A DNA stretch of 63,994 nucleotides, the filler included, from Peribolospora baueri (Eukaryota), in assembly GCA_029717555.1 (NCBI GenBank). It is 6 parts of 6 records of this genome, joined end to end, with 100 filler letters (N's around TTAATTAATTAA, not from the genome) between each part and the next. Parts side by side here need not be neighbours in the genome. Positions count along the whole stretch, not along the records: positions 1 to 13,288 come from JAMDHS010000170.1; 5 more parts are not named here. One strand, written 5' to 3'. Below the pieces are notes generated by a model. It did no database searches, was not told where the DNA came from, and worked only from the letters and a program-made list of their open reading frames with translations. A program made the position numbers and the translations under genes. This document shows, piece after piece, positions 1-11,828 of this stretch. Each line of letters starts with the position of its first letter. Position 1 is the first letter of the stretch.

Positions 1-2530
1 TTTTTTTTCATTTTTCCCCGTGTCCCATCCACCCCTTTCGGCACGTGTACGGTATCTTCAAGTGGCGGCGATTGTAGTACGGGTTCGCATGTAACATCAG
101 CGTAGCGCCGTCAACATGATGATGATGGTGTCGGAAGGAACGCCGGCGGCGGTGCTTCCGTTCGTCTTCTTGATGTCGATCGACGACGACCCACGATGAC
201 CCTCTTCCAACCGAGCGGAGCGGAGTCTAGTCTAAGGAACCCATGCGGGCATAGGGTCAGGTACGGGGTCACGTGCCTGCGGTGCATCGTGGCCGCGCAA
301 GAGGTTCCTCTCACTACCGTAAACGCAGGCACGACGAGGGCATGTGTGTTGGAGAAAGGCGTCTTCGGGCGCGTGCTGTCGGCAGAAGATGGGTGCCAGA
401 ACGATCGAGAAGGGCGTCGGACGCGGGGGAAGGGGAAGGAGAGGGGAGGGTTGTCGACGTCGGCGTCGCGAACCGAGCCGAGAAGGCTCGCAAAGGGTTG
501 TCGCAGGTTCGCACGGGTGCGTGCGCGTGAGGGAGAAATTATTAACTATCTTTCACCTCTTCCTTCTTCACGGGGAAAGAAGGAAGCCTTTGGAAACGCG
601 GTGTCGCGTCCGAGAACGGTCGCGGAAAATCGCAACGGCCGTAGGAATGACTTCTTCATTCGCTTCTCTTCCTTCTCCATGGCCCATGCCAAGGCGAGGC
701 TGTTTGAGATAGGTGAGCAACGAGATGGGATATTAAGGGTCAACCGGCTCCCCGCCGCGAACCCACATTCCGCCCGATCGGCTGCCTCCCTCGGCGTAAA
801 GCTGTGCTTCCCCGACAGCGTCCCCGACATCGTCCTCTCCTCCCTGTTCTCCTCCTGGGATTACTCTCCTTACCGCTCGCACGACCTCTCCACGAACGAC
901 GACGACCACTTAGGCCGACCACCACTGCGCTTCCAAAGGACAGTCAGAGGGCCAGGCCATCTAGACGACGTCCGATCCGACTCGCTTACTTAACTCACGC
1001 GCGCCCTGTCCGGCGAATCTAGACGGACTCGACGGACGACGTGTCGCGTGTGTCTGGGCCCGCGGGCTTGCTTGAGCTCGGGCCCCGGTGTTCGGCGGTC
1101 GGTGCGGTGTCGGAGAAAGGAGGGGAGGGGGAAGAAAGGCAGTAGCAGTGGCGGTCAAGAACGAGCTCGCATGACTTGCCTGTCTGTCCGTTCGTCCTTC
1201 TGGTCGTTCCGTCCTTTCTTCGTGCGTTCGTTCGTCCGTGCGTTCGTTCGTTCGATCGTTTGCTCCGTCTCGCTCGGTTGGGCGGACGTGACGGGCGGAC
1301 TGGGCCTGCGCAAAGTCGGGTCGAGCGGTCGACGTCAAGCATGCCAAAGCAGAACGGTGCGGACCGCCAGGCATGGCTAGACGGCGGAGAGGGCGGCGAC
1401 GTCGGGCTCGGGGAGAAGGGGGGAATGGAGTGGCGGCACTCTGTTTCTGTTCTGTTCTGTTCTGTTCTGTTCTGTTCGCTCCGCTCGCTTCTGCGCTCCG
1501 CGCTCCTCTCCTCGGCGCTCAGGGACGGGGCGGCTGCCGCAGCGGCGGTTGATTCGGTTGATTTCCTTTGCCGCCGGCGCAGGCGCTTTACAAAAGTGTT
1601 ACCGTCGATCGGGGGCTGACTAACGCGTGACTAATTGCCTTGTCTTGCCTTGTCTGTCTTGTCTTGATCAATTCTTTCTTTCCCCCTTCCTGATCTGCTC
1701 TACTCTGCTGTCCGCCCCGCGGCGGCTTGTGCATGGGTCGAACGTGTGTTCGCTGTCCTGATCTGTCCTGACCTTTGTCCTCTCCTTTTGGGCCTCGTCG
1801 CGTTCGCGTTCGCCGTCGCCGTCTTGTCGTCATCGCGTTCGCCGCCACCGTCGTCGCATTATTTTCTTCTTCCTCCTCCCCGTCCTCCTCCGCCTTCTCC
1901 TCTTCCGTCTCCTCTCCCTCTTTCCCTCCCCCTCCTCTTCTCCTTTTCCCCCGCCCGCTTTCCTCCCCCCTCCTTCTTTCCTCTTCCTCGCCCCTTCTTC
2001 CTCGCCGCCACCGTCGCCACCCACGCCACCCTGCCCCGCAGCGAGCACCATCTCCCTTTCCCCTCCTAGCCTCGTCCACGCTCGCCTTCCGGCCTCTTTT
2101 CTTTTCTTCTTGTCCATCTTCCTCTTTTCCTTCTCGTCCTCCTTCTTCTTGCCAGCACCCTTCCATCCGCTCGCTCCGGCCCCGCCCGCCTCCGTCGTCG
2201 TCCCCGCGAGCTACCTCCGTCCTCCTCGCCATCGTATCCCACAATCTGGAGAACGCCGCGCCTCCGCCAGACCTTGCGAGCTGGTCCGTAGAGGACGCCC
2301 AGGTCCGTGGCTTTGCAGCAGCTGAGCCTCTTCTTGCCGGCGGCCCGACCGAATTCCCATTTTCTCCATCCCCCTTCAACCCCCCTCGTCCGAGCCAGCC
2401 TCTCCCACCACGTCCGCCCTACGCTCGCCAGAGGAGTCGGAGCGCTGTCGGCACCGCCGACGCCCCCGCGAGGGCCCAGCGGGACCGCACCAAAGAGCGC
2501 GTGTCGGCCCCCGCCCATACGTACAACTCG

Positions 2531-5500
2531 ATGGTGTCGCCTTCTGTCTTCGATCAAGCAGAAGCAGAAGCGGACGCAGAAGCAGAAGCAGAAGCAGAAG
2601 CGGACGCAGAAGCAGCAGCAGAAGCAGAAGCAGAAGCGGACGCAGAAGCAGCAGCAGAAGCAGAAGCAGAAGCAGACGACGCCCACGGCCACGCACGCTC
2701 GCCTTCCCTCGCTTCCGGGCGGCCCGTCGCCGGCCCCACCCGCGCCCGCGCCATGCCATCTTCTCTGGCGCCATCCGCTGGAGCAGCTTCAGCTGCCCGT
2801 CGTGCTCACGCCGACCCAGTCGTTGTCTCGCCCGACCCCGGCGGTTCCTCCAGCCGCATCCCGGCACCAAGCGGCCCTCAGGCGACGACGCCCCTTGCCT
2901 GTGAGTCCGTTCACAGCTCTTTTTCGTCGCGCCGTCGAGACGCGATCGCATCCGTTCGATCGCGCCCCGCTCTCGTCTCGTTGGGCCTTCCTCGCCCCTT
3001 CTCCGCTCACCCCCGCCCTCGCCCCCGCCTCGTCCGTGCGCCCGTCTCTCCTCTGGCAGCCGCCCCGGTGTCCTCGCAAGGCCATAGCGGCCTCCATCCG
3101 GGACCTCCAGCACCAGCCGGGCCCGTGCCATCTGCCTCTCCGATGGAGAGCATGGCTTCCGTCGCCGCCGGCTTGGAGGTGGCGGGCGTTAGTGGCGAAG
3201 GCGACGGCAGGCCGCCTCCTCGACCCCCGCCCGGCGTGACCACCGTCATCGCCCATCGTCGCCAGGGCTCCATCAACTGCCCTCCCCCTCGAGGGCAGAC
3301 GAGCTTCACACCTCCCCATCAGCGCCTTTCCTACGCTTTCCCGGCGCCCATCGCCGGCGCTGCCTTTGCGCGCCCCTCGCAGTATCCGGTCTATACCCCC
3401 TCTTCGTCCGGACCAAGGTACTACGCTACCGCGCCCGGCCGTTCACCTACGGCCCCCGGCTACTATCAACACCCGGCCCAGCCGACGCCCCCGCAGCAGC
3501 CGCCGCTCTCGCCCACCACGTCCACCAACACCTCCGCCCTGCCTCACCCCCAGTTCGCTTCGCAGCAGACCGTGGCCTACGCTCAAGGCTACTTGGATGC
3601 TTACACCCACCAACAGGCTCCACCTTCGTCCTCTTTCATGGTCACTGCCGCACCGAACTACTACAGCCCTTTCCCCTTCTACGGCTACCCACCACTGCAG
3701 CCGCCGCCGCCGCCGGGCTCGGCCGTGCCGTACACCGCCATGGCTGGTATGCATCCCCACTCCGCCCACAGCCCGTCGACGCCGACTGGTTACCCTAGCC
3801 AGCAGCCACCGCCATTGCTCTATTACAGTCAACCTCCGTCCGCAGGTTCGACCAACCACATCCAACAACACTCTCTCGGCGCGTACACGTATAGCGTCCA
3901 GCAGCTTCCCGGTGGCGTCTACGCCCACGCCCCCGCCCCCGCCTACCAGCACCAGTTCGCTGCACCAGCCACGACATACACGGAAGCTGGTCTCGCGGCG
4001 ACCACCGCTGACTCCCTCAATCCCACCCTCTACGCCGGCGGTCCACAAATACGATACGGACCGCCGGCTCATCCTTCCCCGTCCACACTCACCATCGTCC
4101 GTCCCCCCGGCCAGTCGTCCGACGTCGATGGTTCCTGGAGACCAACGAGCGCCACCGTAGAGAGCAGCCCCTCCGGCCTAGGCCTCGAAGCCGACAGCCC
4201 CAGCGGCTTCACCCCACCGAGCCCCCGACCGAGATCGCCGCCCGCTTCCGCCGTCTTCCGCCCCCACGCCACCTTTGCCGCTCCGCCCCCGTTCCCTGAC
4301 CGCGCTGCGCTCGCTCAGCAAGTCCGACCGTCGGCCGTCCCGTCCCACTCTGCTGCTGCGCTCGCCGCCCGGCCTTCCTTATCACAGAGACACGTCGTCG
4401 CCTCCCCCCGCTTACCGTCCGACGTTGGCAGCGGCAGCTCTGCCTCGAGCGCCGAAGTACGACCGACGAATGGGGCACCACTCACGAGCCCTGGTCGCCG
4501 AATACCGACTCAGGCTCAACAAGGCCGACCAGCCTGTCGCGACGCCAGCCGGTCTCGGCCACCTAACACCCAGCAAGGGCCGAGATCGGATTGGGTGATG
4601 TGGTGGTGAGTCTCCGAAGAGAGAATATTTTTATGCTTTTTCTTTTTTCAACTTTTGCATCTCCCGCCATCATGGGATGAATCGCTGACGCGGACGGGAC
4701 CTCGCTTTTCCTGGTAGCGGCAACGTTCCGAGTGACGCTTCTCTGGAGGAGCTTTGGGAGCTTTTCACCTCTCCTGCCACCGTCGTCGGCTCGGGAGCGA
4801 AGGATTCCAAGGCAGAAGCCTATCGTCAAGAGGCCGGGGAGGAAGACCCTAGCTCACATGGAGTCGTCTCCATCTTTCCCATCCATCGGTCCAATTGCGC
4901 GTTCGTCAATTACGCCAGCGCTGAGCATCTCGAAAGGGCGATGGCCTACTTTCACAGTAGGCCCCTTCGTCCCGACGACCCGCGGTGTCCGCGGCTCGTC
5001 TGTCGCGTGCGCAAGAAGGAGGACGAAGTGCAGGCGGGCGTCGGCGGTCAGCGTGGCAAGGGGATCCATCGCGAGTGGCTTAAGGAGAAGAGGCGACAGC
5101 TGGGAAAGGAAGGTGGCGAAGGCGCGTCGCCGGCGTCGGCGACGCCGACGAAGGACGCCACCGAGGGGCAGGGCGTCAGGGCGCGAAGGGCCGCTCGACC
5201 AACCGGTCCGATCCCGATGCCGCCTCCTCCTGTTTATTTTGCCGCCGGCTCGCCAGGCGAATTCTCTTCCAGTGGCTCGCTAGTCTCTCCACCGTCTCGC
5301 CACTCGTCTGCCTCGTTTGGTTCGGCGTCGCTCGGCTCAGCCTCCTACGCCTCCACCAACTCCTCTCTTCTCCGCCATCCCTACTTCCGCAGGCGATTCT
5401 TCATCCTCAAGTCGCTCACTCAGGCCGACCTTGACCTGAGCGCCGAGCGCGGCGTCTGGGCGACGCAGTCGCACAACGAGCCCATTCTCGATCAGGCTTA

Positions 5501-6785
5501 CAGGAACAGCGAAGAGGTTTTCCTTATCTTTGGCGCAAACAGGACTGGTGAATTTTATGGATACGCCAAGTGAGGATCACCGCGTGCCGCGCGCGTGTGA
5601 CGCCGTCGGCTTGTATTTTTCCGTGACGCTTTCTGGGCCCGCTGGGATGCTGACATCGACGGCGTCCCTTGCTTTTTTTCCACAGAATGACGGGCCCCAT
5701 TTCGAAGGACGAAAAGCGCGTCTCGTGGTCAGCCCGTGAGGATTCAAGCTCGTCGGTTAAGAGCCGGCCGGCTCCGATACCCGAGATCGAGGAGACTGGC
5801 GAGGGTGAAGCGCCTTCATCCCCCCCGAGGCACCAGTCCGAAAAGCCTCAGCTTCTCCTGTCTCCTTCGGAGCACCGGTTGGTGGACGAGTCGCCGTCGG
5901 CGTCGGCGTACGATCTGCGGACCGAGAGCGCGTCGGAAGGCATACTGGTCGCGTCGGACGCGAGAAAGCCGTCGACCTGGCCGACGGCGATGCCGGTCAG
6001 CAAGGCTAATGAGAACAGCAACCAGCCCACTCCGCGACAGGATCCTCAGCGCCTCACGCTCTCACCACACGACCTTCCGTCCGGTCGCGTGCAGCCGCAC
6101 GAGCTTCTGCGGTCGTATCCCGGCGCCGCGACCGCCACGGCCGCCGTCAATCACTTTGAGCTGCCTCCTTCCGCCGTTGAACCCGAGAATTCACCGTCTC
6201 TCGTTCCAGTACAACAGGTGGACGAAGACCAAGACGGCGGCGTCCTCCGACGCGACACCCACCTTGCACCTTCCGAGGCGCCCGACGAGGCGGCCCAGGC
6301 GCAGCACGCGAGCGCCGTGCAGAGGCGCAACTTGTTGCTCGAGCGTAAGAACGCCGTGCATGAGCTCCGCTCCGGCGAGTCGGGCGCAGGCACGGCGATC
6401 AAGCGCGACGGTTCCCCCGACGGCGGTTGGGGCACCCCTTTCAAGGTGGAATGGATGCAATTGTGAATAGTCACAGCTGGCCGTCCATTCCGCTCGTTCC
6501 CGATGCGTTTGACTGACGTTTTTGTTCTCCTTTGATAGACGCAAGCTCCCGTTCCACCGCATCCGTCACCTTCGCAACCCGTGGCGCGACAACCGCCAGA
6601 TCAAAGTCTCCCGTGACGGCACCGAGCTCGAGCCGTCAGTGGGCCAGGCGCTTATCGACGAGTGGGAGGCGTTTGCGCGACAGACGCCCGTCGGTGGCGA
6701 GGGCGAGGGAGAGGATGTCGAAGCGTCTTTCCCCAGTCCACCGTCGCCCACTGCTGGTGGCGAGGGCCCATGGGGAGATGTTTGA
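2531..6785 (+). CDS. RRM + YTH domain RNA-binding protein (fungal YTHDC-like), 4 exons; start codon uncertain
   Basis: Introns 4606-4717, 5570-5685 and 6463-6538 (GT..AG, CTGAC branch) give a continuous frame. RRM: WVMWCGNVP...SNCAFVNY...RLVCRVR. YTH: RRFFILKSL...GVWATQSHNEPILDQAY...VFLIFGANRTGEFYGYAKM...WGTPFKVEW..RKLPFHRIRHLRNPWRDNRQIKVSRDGTELEPSVGQALI. First in-frame ATG is 2531. Confidence 0.88.
2558..2677 (+). repeat. Coding tandem repeat (GCAGAA/GCGGAC/GCAGCA units) encoding AEAEADAEA...
   Basis: Directly visible 6-nt based repeat with higher-order ~30-36-nt units. Confidence 0.9.
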
Positions 6786-7014
6786 GGGCCAAGGCTCGCA
6801 ATGGCTCGACTCTGCGTGAGCTCGCGCCAAGGGCTACGAAGGAAGGAAGGAAGGAAGGAGTGAGGCGCGATTCGGCATCCGACATATTCCCATCTATCTA
6901 TTGCCCTCTGGCCGCCGCCGGCGGTTCATCTTCTCTGTTTGGGCTTTTTGTGTCTGCAAGGGCGCTCTGGGACCGCTATCTTTTACTTGGCCGGCCCCTC
7001 TTGGCTGGATCGCT

Positions 7015-8410
7015 TCGTCGACTCGACTCGACGCGACGCGACGCGACTGCGCTTGAACACCAATTCTTCGACCTGCTCTACCGTCGGCGAACGGCCTCCA
7101 TTTTCTCTATCTACCTCTCTTTCTCTTTCTCTATCTCTTTCTCTCTCTCTTCCTCTCTCTCGCTCCCTCTCACACACACATACACAAGCAGGAGGACCTC
7201 GCATACTTTTTGCATTCAGCATCCTCAACATACACGCAACCGAGCCAATCTGATTGTAAACTTATGTACTTCCGACATGTCTTCATATATTTTTCTCCCC
7301 GATCCATTCGTTCGCTCGCTCTCCCCGTCTCGTCTCGCTCGCCCTTTTGATCTTGCGTAAAACTCCCCCCTCCCGTTTTTCATATCGTTCTTGTCTTCTC
7401 TCGGGATGGTCCGCCGGACCACCACATCCCGAACCCCTCTCCCCCCCTTCCGCTTTTTGCCACCCCTTTTGGAAGCTGCACCTATCCTATCTCCTCTTCC
7501 AACATCCCTCCCCTCTTGCCCTCTTGACCCCGTCCGCGCACAAGAATACACGTTCCTCTTTTGTCTTCCTTACTTAACTTCCGTTGCTTCGCCGGTTCGG
7601 TTTGGTTCGTCCCAGTCGCGTCCGTCCGTTCGTCGCGTCGCGTCGGTCGGTCGGTCGGTCTGCGGGTCGGTCGTCGGGTTCGGTACGGTGCAGTCGTTCG
7701 TCGGTTCCAGGATCATTACGGGGAACACATACGCCCAACACTTCATACAAACACGTACATACCGCACATATACGCGCCGCCTGCCTGCCTGCCTGCGTGC
7801 GTGCGTTGTTCGCGCTCGCTAGCGAGCCAGAACCCGAGTGAGACTGGCGCCACATCGAAAGTGAATGTTCTGGTTCCTTCAAAGGTCGGAAACCGGCCCC
7901 ATATCCGGGTATGTATGTATGTATGTCTCACTCACGCACGCACACACGCCCGCGCAGGCTCGCCGGCCAGTCGGTCGGTCGGTCGGCCGCAGTCAGCGAG
8001 GGAAGATGGATAGATAGATAGGGTGACGTATGACGAACAAACGAATGCACGTCCGTGCGTGGATAGACGTTGTCCCTCGTTCGCTTCCTCACTCACGGCT
8101 CTCAAGGGACGGGCCGGGACGGGACGGGAGGGGCGGTCAACAAACAGAACGAACAAACAAACAAACAAATGTCCCATCCATCCATCCATCCATCTCTTGG
8201 TTTTACAAAAGTTCGCTTGCTTGCCGGAAAGGGGTACTCGAGCGGTCGAGCGAGCGAGGGATCGTCTGGTGTCCCAGACGGTCATCGTCCCACCGGGGAA
8301 GGGGGAGGAAGGGCCGAGGTGAGAATACAAGAAGAGGAAGAAGGGCGTATGGGCGAGTATGGACAGGTGGAGCGCCGGGCCGGTGCACGGAAGGAAGGAA
8401 GGAAGGAAGG
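7015..8410. repeat. Mosaic of short microsatellites between convergent genes
   Basis: (CGACG)n, (CT)n, (CA)n, (GGTC)n, (CCTG)n, (GTAT)n, (ATAG)n, (CAAA)n, (CCAT)n and (GAAG)n runs in succession. Confidence 0.85.
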
Positions 8411-8717
8411 CGGTGAAGGGGATTTAACCATGGACAAGAAGAACGAACGTGGGGACTGGGCTGGGACACAGACGGCGGGAAGGAAAGAGACGCGGGAAGG
8501 GAAAACGCAGGACAGAGACCAAGACGCGGACGGCGGACGAGAATAAACGAAGGTTAAAAGACGACCGTCGAGCCCCGCTCGGAAACAAGACACGGCCGCC
8601 CTAATCTGCACCGGGACAAACGAGGGCGGTGACGGGCACGGAGAAGAACGAAGGAAAAGCCGAAGAATAAAAAAAGCGAACAGAACAAGGAAAAAGGGAA
8701 AAAAGCAAGGTGTTCCT

Positions 8718-11700
8718 CTAACCGTCGTGCAGATCGTACCGGACCACGTTGGCCGGCACTTGGCCTTGCGGCTGAGGGAACGGCGAGCTGTACACACCCG
8801 TCGCCGGATGCCCTTGTGGTGGTCCGGGACTGAAACCGGGGCCGGGGATGGCGATCTCCTCCGGCTGCAACACGTGGCTGCCTGCCGTCTGGAGCGGGTG
8901 GAGGGGGAACGGGCCGCCCAGCGGGACCAAGGGTCGGCCAGTCTGTGCGCCGTCATACGGGGGTACGTCGGCGGCGTGAGTGTGGTAGGAAGGCGCGGGG
9001 GAGAAGACGCGATCGGACGACTGAACGGCGCGGATCGTCGTCGTCGCCGGCGGCTGATCGACGCCGAGCGAGAGAGGGTGGTGATCGGTCGAGGAAGGGG
9101 CAGGGTCGTCGTACGGGTTCGGCAACGGCGCTTGGCGGTGCGGGTCGGGCAAGTGGAATTGAGGAGACGCTTGTCTCCGCACGGGGGACAACCGGTCCGG
9201 TCCGACGGGTGAACCGTGTTGGGCCGCGCGCGGGGCGTTGGGGATGTCGATGGACAGCTCGGAGCGCATGGGCCCCGCGTGCTCCAATCTTGCCGTCGTC
9301 GTCAGAGGGCCTTGTCCGAGCCCGCTGCCGCCACCATCGACGTAGCCTAGACTCTCCGAGCTCGCCATGTACGACGCCGGCGGCTGCCGAGCCGCTTTCG
9401 CGGCCATCGTGCCGGACGGGCTGAGTCTCGGCATGCGCCCCTCATGATCCTGGGGGCTCGCGCTTTGGTATTCGTACACGCTCCCGAGGTCCGTGTTGTG
9501 CTCGTAGTGGAAGCCGGACGGATTGAGGGAGCCATCTTCGGGTCCTCGGTCCGGATAGAGCGCGCTCTCGGACGAGTTGACGCGGTGCATCGGCGTGGCA
9601 CCCGTGAGGATCACCGTGTCTTCTTCGTCCGGTCGACCGCCGGCTTTCGACTGGAACCAGCGACCGCCGGACCACCTCGCAGAGTGAGTGGGCGGAGGGG
9701 TATGGTCTTGGTCGTCGACGATGACGGCCGACATGTTGCTGTTCGCCAGCTCGGTCAACATTGTCGCTCGACGCTGCCTGATCGACCATCGCGGGGGTGG
9801 TTTAGAAGAAGAGAAAATCGAGGGGGGCGGTTTAGGAGAAGAGCAACGCGATGGATCAGTTCCGCGTCGACAGTCCGCGTCCGCCCACTCGACCGACTTC
9901 TAGCTCACTTTAGCCGCGCTTGCACGATCGGCCTAGCCTGGCGCATCTTCTTGTTAATATAAATCAAGACGCCGAAAGACATGATACCAGTGAGAGCGAG
10001 GACGGCGTACTCGACAATCTTGCTCTGCTTTGTCGCCGTACCGGAGCCGGACTCTTCAAAGGCGACGCCGAGGTAGACGATGACGAGCTGTTTGGGCAGG
10101 GTGAGAATAGCGGCGATACAAAAGACCCAGAAGCTGACGCCGACCGTGGAGAAAACGGCGGTGGTGAAGTGACCGGGGAGGACGGAGAGGCGGACGAGGA
10201 AAACGATCTGAGCCGAGCGAGAGGGAGAGCAGTCGTGAGCGTGGCACTAGCGAGCGCCGCCCCATCGTTCCCGCGGCACCTCCACTATTCGCCTTGAGAG
10301 CACTGACCTTGAAGCCCATTTCGCGCACAATGTGCGCCAAACAACCGTATTCCATGTTTCTCCGCTCGTACTTCTCGGCCATCCTTTGGAGACAATATTT
10401 GAATGCACTGAAAAGCATGAAAGCCAGCGAGTTAATAGAGCGTTGACAAGGAGAACGTGCGACCATGCGATCCTGGATGGAGATCGCTCACATAAAGTTG
10501 CCTACTTCGCCGACAAAGGTGCCAGCGGCGGCGACGCCAAAGCCTATCCAGAGGCCGTAGACGACGCCGCAGAGGATGATGATAATTTCTTGACCGAAGA
10601 GCGGGGGAAATGAAAGGACGAACATGATGCCGATGGGGATCACGAAGCCCCAAGACCAACTGGAGGAGGAGAGAGGAGAGAGGAGACAGGGTGCATGAGG
10701 TTGGACGCGCGGTGTGAATGCGGCGACGCGGCAGAGCGACTGGACGCACCTTCGAATCTTCTTGCTGATCGGTGTGAGCTTGGTGACGATCTGGTCCTTA
10801 TAGACGACCAGGAGGGCGACGGCGACGGCGAGGAGTATAAAGATAATGTACCAGTCTGTGTCGCCGGGAGGCGAACGGAGAGAGGTCAGTCTGTCGGAAG
10901 CGCTCCTCGACGCCCACCGAGTCGCATATAAAAAAGAAGGAAAAGAGAAAGAACGGCAAGGGAACTCACGGGTATACTTCCAAGAGATATACTGTTTGTA
11001 ATCCATGTTCTTGATCGTCTTCCACATCCCTCCTTCCTCGTCGTCCAAATCCTTGGGGAACATTTCAGCGACCTGCTTCTGCTCGGGCGTGAGCGAATCC
11101 GGATCGATCTTCTCGTCCGGATGGAAGTAGGTGCGCCGCTTTGCGCCGCTTCGAGAGCGCGACCCGCGCGTTGTCTCGTCGTCATCGTCGTCGTCATCGC
11201 GCCCTTCCGCCGGCGGCATGCGCGGCGCTCCTCCGTCTTGAAAGCGCGCCGTCGGCCGATAGCCGAGGTCGCCGCCGGGCCCGCCATCGCCGGCACGGGT
11301 CATGCCGGCGGCGTCCAGATCTCCAGCGTATCCCCGCCCACCATCGCCGTAGGATGCCATCTGTGGCGGAGGTCCGGGGTGGCCGGTGCCGGGAGGGCGG
11401 TGAGCGTACGGACCGGGGCCGGTTGGGGGATAAGGTCGGGATGGAGGAGCGGCTTGACCGTACGGGCCGGCGAAAGGGTTAGCTTGAGGCGGAGGAGGGT
11501 AGGTGTCCGATGGAGGCCCGTCTTGCCGGGAGGAGGGGGACGTCGGGGAGCGCTGCTGGGGGCCGTAGGAAGACGAGGGCTGGGCGCCGGGCTGGATCTG
11601 GAGACGCGGGGTTGACTGGGAGGGGGCGAGGGCGGGCGGCGCGGGCTCGGCGTAGCGGTAAGGGCGGGCGAAGTTGGGTATGGGTACGGATGATGGGGAG

Positions 11701-11828
11701 GTGGAGTTGGAGTTGGCTTGGTCGTGGGAGGCGGCGGGGGCGGGAGGATGAATTGGGTGGAGGGGGTTAGAGTAGGAGCCGTCGGCGGCGGGGTCGATGC
11801 CCCTGGGGTAATATGGGTTGTTGGACAT
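8718..11828 (-). CDS. TVP38: Tvp38 / SNARE-associated Golgi protein (DedA/VTT family) with long disordered N- and C-termini, multi-exon
   Basis: Motifs WGFVIPIGIMFVLSFPPLFGQEIIIILCGVVYGLWIGFGVAAAGTFVGEVGNF, YGCLAHIVREMGFK and IVFLVRLSVLPGHFTTAVFSTVG...LTLPKQL. Introns include 10856-10969, 10660-10749 and about 9778-9908. Confidence 0.88.

Noticed and set aside
1..993. Possible small genes (MAHAKARLFEI... at about 679-993 +; open frames at 1-340 -)
   Set aside because: Some coding-like bias and a GTGAGC donor, but no recognisable product or consistent model.
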